Assembly: GCA_964474085.1 (NCBI GenBank)
Contig: CAYYRJ010000001.1
Coordinates: 27,631 to 91,630 of the forward strand
Reading direction: 5' to 3'
Source of the DNA: an uncultured Planctomycetales bacterium
GTDB lineage: Bacteria > Omnitrophota > Gorgyraeia > Zapsychrales > JANLHA01
Length of the DNA stretch: 64,000 nt
Shown here: positions 57,128-64,000 of the stretch, piece by piece
Position numbering within the stretch: the first letter of the stretch is position 1
Layout of the letters: each line of letters opens with the position of its first letter
Made by a program: the position numbers and the translations under genes
The notes under the pieces: generated by a model
Database searches by the model: none
The model's input: only the letters and a program-made list of their open reading frames with translations
Told to the model about the DNA's origin: nothing

Positions 57128-58648
57128 TTAGCTCGTTGTCAGATTTTTCTTTATCGTTTTATGTTCTTGTAATGCTAAAGCCCAAGTTATCACAGCACAA
57201 AGGCAGGGCAAGAACAAGGGGAACAAGATCAGTTCTTTTTCTGAGAGAACTCCAAAGACATAGGCGATTCCCACAAATGGCGAAAGAGCCCCAATGTTAA
57301 CCATATCTTCGAATTTATTGTCGCATGCAAGACTAACCAACCACGGAAGAAATGCCCACCAGACGATTAAGACCGTCACAAAAAAGACTTTGTTGGTGCG
57401 TAAACGGCTTAAACGGAAATATTCCAAAAATCCGGCAAGTGCAAGGATGTGGCTTGAAAGCATAACCAAAACAGCAAACGCGGGGAGTATGGAAACTTTT
57501 TGTAGAAAGATATAAGGAATCATAAAAACTGCTCCGATGACCAGATAGATAAGCAGGGTAGGCAAGGACGATGCCCCGTCGTCAAATAGAGATTTTGGCG
57601 TGCTTAAGACAAGATACTTTGTTCGTTTAAAATAGCTAGGCACGGTAATAAAACTGACAAAAACGCCAATGGCCGCAAATAAAATAATAAAAACACCCAT
57701 ACTTTGAAGTGTAAAACTTTCTAACGAAGTATTGTTATGGTAATGGTGGCGGTCATAAAAACCTTGTCCAAAAATTTCACTAAAATGATTGTGCGTGGCG
57801 ATAAAAAATCCTGTCACTATAAAAAAGATAAAACAGCAAAGGCGAAGCACATCTTCTTTAGACCATGCCGGGCTATTGGGCAAGCTAAAAATTCTTTTAA
57901 GGCCTTTGACCATGAGCAGAATTAGAGGGATTTGGACGAGCGCTTGTACGACGATCAAAGGCAAGTTTAAAATATAAAACCAGCCGTTAAATTTGAGAGA
58001 AGGTTCGTGGTAAATATAATTAAGCGCCGTTGCACCGAACAGATGCGCAAAGAAATTGGATTCCGATGAAGAAAACATAAATCCAATGAGCGGCCAGATG
58101 AAAAATAAGACTAAAAACAAAAGTCCGATTGGGGAAACGCGTTTTTTGGTCGGAGACATCAGAGTTAAGACAGCCGCACTGGTATGAAAGAAAATTCCTG
58201 TCAATAAAAGCGAAGCGTTAAATAGCAGAATATCGATGAGCCCAACCTTAGGTAAAAGTGCAAATGGCAGCTCGACGACAAAAAGCAGTGCAAAGACCGA
58301 CCATTCAAACCATGCTGCACCAAAAACAAGGCCGATGACTTTTTCGAGAACAGCTTGTGGAGAGTTGCGGTGAAAGTCGAGTGTTTCAAAGCTGCGTTCG
58401 CGTCCGCTTAAAGAGGAGACGATGAGCGTTCCAATCAAAAGCAAAACGACCGCTTGGATGGTTGTCAGGACATTAAATAAACTATGCAAGACAATATTGG
58501 GTGTTCGATCATAAAGAGAAATCGAAAGAAAGGATAAGAAGAGAATTCCGACGATAAAGATTGTGAAGCAAATAAGCTGGATGGGCCGATTGCGTTCATG
58601 CCAGCAGCTTAAGAACAGGGCATTGTCTTTGAGATTAAACGGGTTCAT
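57128..58648 (-). CDS. polytopic membrane protein, putative ABC exporter permease (ABC-2-like)
   Basis: 506 aa, more than 10 TM helices. Start overlaps the stop of the upstream ABC ATPase (ATGA). Confidence 0.55.
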   Translation of the reverse strand: MNPFNLKDNALFLSCWHERNRPIQLICFTIFIVGILFLSFLSISLYDRTPNIVLHSLFNVLTTIQAVVLLLIGTLIVSSLSGRERSFETLDFHRNSPQAVLEKVIGLVFGAAWFEWSVFALLFVVELPFALLPKVGLIDILLFNASLLLTGIFFHTSAAVLTLMSPTKKRVSPIGLLFLVLFFIWPLIGFMFSSSESNFFAHLFGATALNYIYHEPSLKFNGWFYILNLPLIVVQALVQIPLILLMVKGLKRIFSLPNSPAWSKEDVLRLCCFIFFIVTGFFIATHNHFSEIFGQGFYDRHHYHNNTSLESFTLQSMGVFIILFAAIGVFVSFITVPSYFKRTKYLVLSTPKSLFDDGASSLPTLLIYLVIGAVFMIPYIFLQKVSILPAFAVLVMLSSHILALAGFLEYFRLSRLRTNKVFFVTVLIVWWAFLPWLVSLACDNKFEDMVNIGALSPFVGIAYVFGVLSEKELILFPLFLPCLCAVITWALALQEHKTIKKNLTTS

Positions 58649-59589
58649 GCGACCTCCTTTGCGCCAATTTTAAGAAAAATATCTTCGATGGTGTCGTTTT
58701 TTAGAGAACATTCCGCTACAGAAACGCCGGCGGAAAGGATTTTGTTTAAAAATTGCGTGGCTTTGTTTTCGTCATTACCAAAGGCGATCACAAAATTTGA
58801 TTTGTCACGCAAAACTTGATGGGGGGCTATATTTTCGTCGGCGCAGAGTTTTTCTAAAAGCTCTCGGCCTTTTTGTTCGTCGGAAAATCGGACGATGAGC
58901 TTTTGGCCGCCGCCTACCTTTTGGCGGATTTCGTCGATCGATCCCGAAACGACAAGCTTGCCTTTTTCAAGAATGATCGCCGCATCGATAAATTCGCTTA
59001 GTTCAGACAAGATATGGCTAGAAATAAGAATAGTTGCACCGTTGGTGCTGGCTTCCTTAATCAAATCGCGCATATGTCGGCGGGCAATCGGGTCCAAACC
59101 GCTGGCCGGCTCGTCGAGAAGTAAAATGTTGGGATCGGATTGAAGTGTTTTGGCCAAAACCAATCGCTGGCGCATGCCGCGTGATAGGCCTTTGATCAAG
59201 GCATCGCGTTTGGAAACAAGGTCACTTTTATTGAGCCATTTTTCGATGTGGGTCGTACGCTCGGAGCCTTTGAGCCCATAAGCGGCGGCAAAGACGTCTA
59301 AGTATTCCCACACTTTTAAATTTTCATAAACGGGAGAAAAGTCTGGCATGTAACCTAAGTGGCGCAGAGCTTTTTCGCGCGTAAGTTCGAGATTAAAGCC
59401 GTTGAGCAAAATGGTGCCTTGCGTTGGCTCTAAGACGCCGGCTAGGGCTTTGATCGTCGATGTTTTGCCGGCGCCGTTAGGTCCGACAAAGCCGTAGATT
59501 TTTCCTTTTTCAAGCGCAAAGGAAATATCGTGTACGGCGATGACCTCGTCATAGGCTACACGTAAATTTGTGATTTCAACAACGTTCAT
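58645..59589 (-). CDS. ABC transporter ATP-binding protein
   Basis: Walker A GPNGAGKTS, LSRGMRQR, LLLDEPASGLD. RBS AAGGAGA. Confidence 0.9.
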   Translation of the reverse strand: MNVVEITNLRVAYDEVIAVHDISFALEKGKIYGFVGPNGAGKTSTIKALAGVLEPTQGTILLNGFNLELTREKALRHLGYMPDFSPVYENLKVWEYLDVFAAAYGLKGSERTTHIEKWLNKSDLVSKRDALIKGLSRGMRQRLVLAKTLQSDPNILLLDEPASGLDPIARRHMRDLIKEASTNGATILISSHILSELSEFIDAAIILEKGKLVVSGSIDEIRQKVGGGQKLIVRFSDEQKGRELLEKLCADENIAPHQVLRDKSNFVIAFGNDENKATQFLNKILSAGVSVAECSLKNDTIEDIFLKIGAKEVA

Positions 59590-59740
59590 TTTCGTTCTCC
59601 TTCGGTTACGAGTTTAGGCTTTAAAGTAACCAAAACAATCGCGCTTGAAAAGCATTTTAGGGAAATTTTGGTAATATTTATTCTTGTTTGTCTTACCCGC
59701 CTCTGGCAGGGGCCCCTGCCTTCGACGGACGTGCGTGTTG

Positions 59741-59956
59741 CTAAACGGTACTTTGCGTTTTGTCTAAAACTATGAAACTGAGCAATCCGCCTGTGATCAT
59801 AACCCCGCCCGCGACAAAATAAATTCCAGCGGTCATAATTAAGTCCAACCTGTTGGTCAGTGCAAAAGGCACGCAGGCCATCGACCCAAACCCACCGACG
59901 GCAACACAACACAGCGCGAGCGCTTTGCAAACGTGTTTGATAGCTTCTGGTGTCAT
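59741..59956 (-). CDS. small membrane protein (72 aa, two TM helices)
   Basis: Strong RBS AGGGGGTG 8 nt upstream of ATG 59956. Hydrophobic segments ALALCCVAVGGFGSMACV and IYFVAGGVMITGGLLSFIV. The track ORF extends to 60001 through the palindrome. Confidence 0.5.
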   Translation of the reverse strand: MTPEAIKHVCKALALCCVAVGGFGSMACVPFALTNRLDLIMTAGIYFVAGGVMITGGLLSFIVLDKTQSTV

Positions 59957-59986
59957 ATTATTCACCCCCTTTCGATTAATTTTTTT

Positions 59987-60014
59987 GTAGGGAACAGGCA
60001 TGCCTGTTCCCTAC
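59987..60014. promoter_or_regulatory. perfect 28-bp palindrome GTAGGGAACAGGCATGCCTGTTCCCTAC
   Basis: Perfect inverted repeat with no spacer. Lies between the permease stop (60017) and the small-protein RBS. The flanking A/T run is on the wrong side for an intrinsic terminator in either orientation. Confidence 0.5.
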
Positions 60015-60016
60015 GA

Positions 60017-61498
60017 TTAGAACTCTACATCTATCCATTTTTCAAAAGCTAATTTGAGAAACAGGCCGGCCAAAGTCAGGCATAAAAGCGCGTTTACAAT
60101 CAGCCAGCTCGTCGGATTTTTGCTGCCCCAATAAAATTCAGCAATGATAAGCACGCAAAGCACCAGCCCATTGCCGACAACGGCGCGTTCATCTTTCATT
60201 GCGCTTAAAGTGGCCAGCCACGAGAAGCAAAATATTGAAAAGCTAAAAGTTAAAAAAACAAACGCCCAAAAGTGCGGCTGATAAATTTGTTTTGCGCCCG
60301 AAACCCAATCTGGGACAAACCCAAAGTAAACGGCAATGATCAGCCAATAAACGCAGAGGTTGCCGATAAATTTGATGCCTTGTTCTTTAAAAAAGTCGCT
60401 GCGCCTGACGGGTTTGATCAAATCAAAATCCCAAAAGATCATGTTTTTGTAATTGGTAATCGCTGTGAGCAAAACCGCAGCCGTGCCAAGAAGAAGAAAA
60501 TTTGTTTCTGCTTTCGCGTTGACAATCAATTCTGCCGTCGGGAGTCTGAGAAAAATCAAATATAACGGCAAGAGGGCCAGCGATAAAAGCAAGAGAGAAT
60601 AAATGTTCGGCTGACCGACAGACCCCCAATTGTGAGCGCGCGCCCACAATTGGCGCTGTTTGTAATAAGGGATAATCGCTGTTTTTGTCGTCGGAATACG
60701 AAAAACTTTTAGACAGCGGGCTTTAAAACGATTTGCCTTTTCTTCAAGGGCCGCCTGGTTGCGCAGGGTTTTTTGCGGCGGCCAGACTAATAAAAAAGGA
60801 TATTCAAAATGTTCGTTTTTCAAAGTCAACAGCCGGCGGATAAACAAAAAGAACAAAGCGCCGACGCTGATAAGCGCAATATCAAAAGCCAGCCGATAAG
60901 ATGAAAAAATTTGCAGCAGGCTGATCATGTTTTGTCCGATGAAAACCAAAACGATGTATCCAGCGACGACAAAATAACCCATCGACAGATACCCTAAATA
61001 AAGCATCGACAACCCCATAAAAAAGACGACAAGATAAATTGACGCATAGTTTACCGAAACGCCAAGCACTTGCAGGCAAAAGATTTTGGCTAGCGTCATC
61101 GCCCCGTAGCTTAAGAGAACCATGATCGTTACCATAAAGAGTAAAATCACAAGCACGCTTATCGTATGCGCTCTGCGATATCCCGGAAGAAGAGAGGCGC
61201 GGTCATTGGCAAATTGACGCTTGATCAGTAAACCAAAGCTAAACATCAGCCACAATCCGAGAATAAAGACTAAGGTCAAAAGTTCTTCGCCGAGCATATA
61301 TTTCTGCACGAGAATATCTAAATATTTGTGTTCTGCGATGGTCAAGGAAATAGCTGGTTGACGTATTAAATTTTTTTCAATACCCCAATAAATCAAGGCC
61401 TGCATCGCGCACAATGAAAAAAAACTTAAAGTGCAAAGGACCATAAACCCCGGCTCGCGCAGATATAAGAGAAAGATGTGTTTAAGTTTCCGGATCAT
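60017..61498 (-). CDS. polytopic membrane protein, putative ABC exporter permease (ABC-2-like)
   Basis: 493 aa, multi-TM. Start overlaps the stop of the upstream ATPase (ATGA). Confidence 0.55.
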   Translation of the reverse strand: MIRKLKHIFLLYLREPGFMVLCTLSFFSLCAMQALIYWGIEKNLIRQPAISLTIAEHKYLDILVQKYMLGEELLTLVFILGLWLMFSFGLLIKRQFANDRASLLPGYRRAHTISVLVILLFMVTIMVLLSYGAMTLAKIFCLQVLGVSVNYASIYLVVFFMGLSMLYLGYLSMGYFVVAGYIVLVFIGQNMISLLQIFSSYRLAFDIALISVGALFFLFIRRLLTLKNEHFEYPFLLVWPPQKTLRNQAALEEKANRFKARCLKVFRIPTTKTAIIPYYKQRQLWARAHNWGSVGQPNIYSLLLLSLALLPLYLIFLRLPTAELIVNAKAETNFLLLGTAAVLLTAITNYKNMIFWDFDLIKPVRRSDFFKEQGIKFIGNLCVYWLIIAVYFGFVPDWVSGAKQIYQPHFWAFVFLTFSFSIFCFSWLATLSAMKDERAVVGNGLVLCVLIIAEFYWGSKNPTSWLIVNALLCLTLAGLFLKLAFEKWIDVEF

Positions 61499-62370
61499 TT
61501 GTTAAGCTCCAAAAAGATTTCTTCAAGATTTAAGTCTTCGACGGTAATTTCGGCGTTAAGTTGTTTTGTAAGATCATAAACAAGCCGGTCGCTAAACTCG
61601 CGTACCGTTACCAGAGCTGTCTGACCGTTGACTTCGCAGGACAAAGAGTCGGAAATAGAAAGATTGCTGGGAAGTAAATCACTGCTTTTGATGCGCAGAC
61701 GTTTGACGCGGTCTTTAAGGGTGTCCAGCCCGCCTGTAAAATCTACGTTTCCTTTATTGAGTATGGCCACCCGGTCAGTGACGCGTTCAAGATCCGGCGT
61801 AATATGGCTCGAAAAAAAGATTGTACAGTCACGGTCAGAGACGATTTCTAGGATGGTTTTTAAAAATTGCCGGCGCGCCATTGGGTCAAGGCTTGCGACC
61901 GGCTCGTCAAAAATCAAAAGCTGTGGTTCGTGGCACAGCGCTAAGATGATCGAGACTTTTTGCATTTGCCCCTCGGAGAGAAGGCCGATGCGGTCCTTGG
62001 GATCGACGTCCCAATCGTGTAAAAGTTTTTCAACGAGTTTGGGATTCCACTTAGGATAAAACGAAGCGGTGTACGCAATTAATTCTTCGACGGTAAGCCA
62101 TGAGTAGAGCTGATCGCTTTGGGGTGTGTAGCCGATTTGCTCTTTGGTTTTGTCCGAGAAGTCCCAAGGATTTTCGCCAAAAAGATCAATGCGCCCCGAC
62201 GTGGGTTTGACGAGCCCTAAGAGCGCTTTGATCAAGGTCGTTTTGCCGGCCCCGTTTTTTCCCATCAGGCCAAACACAGAGCCTTTGGGAACGATAAGGT
62301 CAATCTTTTTTAGTGCTTCTTTCCCGCCATATATTTTGCTGACTTCTTGTACGACGATGACGTTTTCCAT
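61495..62370 (-). CDS. ABC transporter ATP-binding protein
   Basis: Walker A GKNGAGKTT, LSEGQMQK, LLIFDEPVASLD. ATG 62370 (MENVIVVQEVSK) with GGGAGAAATAAT RBS. The track ORF extends to 62415. Confidence 0.9.
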   Translation of the reverse strand: MENVIVVQEVSKIYGGKEALKKIDLIVPKGSVFGLMGKNGAGKTTLIKALLGLVKPTSGRIDLFGENPWDFSDKTKEQIGYTPQSDQLYSWLTVEELIAYTASFYPKWNPKLVEKLLHDWDVDPKDRIGLLSEGQMQKVSIILALCHEPQLLIFDEPVASLDPMARRQFLKTILEIVSDRDCTIFFSSHITPDLERVTDRVAILNKGNVDFTGGLDTLKDRVKRLRIKSSDLLPSNLSISDSLSCEVNGQTALVTVREFSDRLVYDLTKQLNAEITVEDLNLEEIFLELNK

Positions 62371-62371
62371 A

Positions 62372-62764
62372 TTATTTCTCCCATTCTTCGTCAATGAGCT
62401 TATGGACTTGCTCAACGGTTAAAGAAAGCTGTTTGCCCTTTAGGACGACTTCACTAATTAAAGGGGCAATCGTTTCGTGGTTTGTGTTTAGAAACTTTTT
62501 GGAACTTGTTCCTTGAGCGACTTTCATTCCTTGGCCGCGCAAGTGCTCGACAACGCCTTCTTTTTCCAGAAGGGAATAGGCTTTCGAAACCGTCATCGGA
62601 TTAATTTCTAAGTCTTTGGACATTTGGCGCACCGATGCAAGCAGATTGCCGGCCGGCAAATTTCCTAGTGCGATGTGTGTTTTGACCTGGTCCATGACTT
62701 GTCGATAAACGGGTACGCCCGACGATGGATTGATTTGAAAGTAATATTTGGGTTTCTTTTGCAT
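62372..62764 (-). CDS. GntR family transcriptional regulator, YtrA subfamily (short C-terminus)
   Basis: wHTH VYRQVMDQVKTHIALGNLPAGNLLASVRQMSKDLEINPMTVSKAYSLLEKEGVV. Only 130 aa. First gene of an operon with ABC ATPase and permease genes. Confidence 0.85.
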   Translation of the reverse strand: MQKKPKYYFQINPSSGVPVYRQVMDQVKTHIALGNLPAGNLLASVRQMSKDLEINPMTVSKAYSLLEKEGVVEHLRGQGMKVAQGTSSKKFLNTNHETIAPLISEVVLKGKQLSLTVEQVHKLIDEEWEK

Positions 62765-62781
62765 ATCTTTCTCCGATTCGC

Positions 62782-62794
62782 TTGTGTATCACAA
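62782..62794. promoter_or_regulatory. candidate GntR operator: inverted repeat TTGTG-TAT-CACAA
   Basis: 18 bp upstream of the GntR start on the minus strand. Followed by the direct repeat TAATACAC TAATACAC. Confidence 0.3.
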
Positions 62795-62843
62795 GAGTAA
62801 TACACTAATACACCAAAGTCAAGGGGTGATTTTATTTTTTTTC

Positions 62844-62871
62844 TTGACAAAAAGCATTTGATTCGTAGAAT
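62844..62871 (+). promoter_or_regulatory. sigma70-type promoter TTGACA-N16-TAGAAT of groESL
   Basis: Consensus -35, near-consensus -10, directly abutting the CIRCE element. Confidence 0.55.
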
Positions 62872-62897
62872 TAGCACTCTAGTTAATGCAGTGCTAA
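62871..62897 (+). promoter_or_regulatory. CIRCE operator (HrcA binding site)
   Basis: TTAGCACTC-N9-CAGTGCTAA, one mismatch to the consensus TTAGCACTC-N9-GAGTGCTAA. Lies between the promoter and groES. Confidence 0.7.
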
Positions 62898-62950
62898 TCC
62901 AGATTTTGGATTTGCTTTCATAAATAACCGTTTCAACAAGGAGGTAGGCA

Positions 62951-63250
62951 GTGAAGTTACAACCGTTAGCAGACAGAATCATCGTCAAACCTCTCGAGGC
63001 CATCGAGAAGACCAAGGGCGGCATTTTGCTTCCCGAAACCGCCAAAGAAAAGCCCCAAGAAGGCAAAATTGTCGCGGTTGGCAAAGGTAAAGTTTTGGAT
63101 AATGGCCAAATCAGCGCTCCGGAGGTCAAAGTGGGCGACCGCATTCTTTATGGCAAATACAGTGGTAGCGAAATCACCACAACCGAAGGCGAAGATCTTT
63201 TGATCATGCGCGAAGATGACATTTTAGCTGTTTTTAAGGATACAAAATAG
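62951..63250 (+). CDS. groES: co-chaperonin GroES
   Basis: [15 protein letters not shown]...[26 protein letters not shown] start with AAGGAGG RBS. Confidence 0.95.
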   Translation: MKLQPLADRIIVKPLEAIEKTKGGILLPETAKEKPQEGKIVAVGKGKVLDNGQISAPEVKVGDRILYGKYSGSEITTTEGEDLLIMREDDILAVFKDTK

Positions 63251-63367
63251 AGACCCTTTGGACGGGTGACCCGAAGGCGGGTCCCCTGCCGCCCGCAGCT
63301 TGCGAGGACGGTAGGGTGCCGCATGGGTTAGGACCCGTCACAGATCATTTTTAAACAACTGAACTAA

Positions 63368-64000
<633 letters not shown>

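Noticed and set aside
59690-59725. GGCAGGGGCCCCTGCC hairpin downstream of the small membrane protein gene as an intrinsic terminator
   Set aside because: No U-tract follows in either transcript orientation, so I did not annotate it as a terminator. It could still pause or stabilise RNA.

Overview
This 64 kb window is a chromosomal segment from a moderately AT-rich bacterium. It is densely coded, and several genes overlap by 4 bp (ATGA). About two thirds of it (71-30251 and 36777-42359) is one large cell-surface glycan (LPS/O-antigen or capsule-type) biosynthesis island. The island holds a likely complete CMP-nonulosonic acid pathway of the legionaminic/pseudaminic type: NeuD/PglD-like acetyltransferase, NeuB-like synthase, NeuC-like 2-epimerase, a CBS-domain sugar-phosphate nucleotidyltransferase, a CMP-sugar synthetase and an aminotransferase. 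It also holds the WbuX/WbuY/WbuZ-type amidotransferase trio (HisH-like, HisF-like and a PP-loop N-acetyl sugar amidotransferase) expected to make an acetamidino derivative. Further modules are a diamino-sugar-like set (aminotransferase, GNAT, Gfo/Idh/MocA oxidoreductases), a dTDP-6-deoxyhexose set (RfbB, RfbA-like, reductase), a GDP-fucose set (Gmd, Fcl), an initiating polyprenyl-phosphate sugar transferase, a WecG/TagA-family transferase, GT2, GT4 and GT-C transferases, a methyltransferase, acetyltransferases and several large proteins of unknown function. The most unusual feature sits inside this island at 30392-36754. It is a five-gene module encoding a membrane-anchored J-like protein whose HPD motif is missing, a small protein with a GrpE-like C-terminus, an 834-aa atypical Hsp70 (DnaK-family), a Hanks-type Ser/Thr kinase and an FHA-domain protein. 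I read it as a candidate chaperone-coupled phospho-signalling system or conflict system that I cannot match to a described system. Other points of interest are listed here.
- A roughly 70-bp extended palindromic element occurs twice, at 9527-9596 and 38048-38118, each time just 5' of a glycan-gene start codon.
- A GC-rich multi-hairpin region lies at 37902-38040.
- Three related hairpins (CTCCCC/GGGGAG cores) lie between a peptide-binding protein gene and its permease genes.
- A membrane-anchored CX5R phosphatase is fused into a peptide ABC operon.
- A YtrA-like GntR regulator sits in a divergent minus-strand operon with two ABC exporter modules, a 28-bp perfect palindrome and an EEP-family phosphatase.
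- groES-groEL has a sigma70-like promoter plus a CIRCE operator, and an unusually long structured spacer.
The housekeeping genes are pgk, tpiA, secG, glgC, fabV, dpp/opp-type ABC genes, groES and the 5' end of groEL. I found no tRNA or rRNA genes, CRISPR arrays, transposases or integrases.
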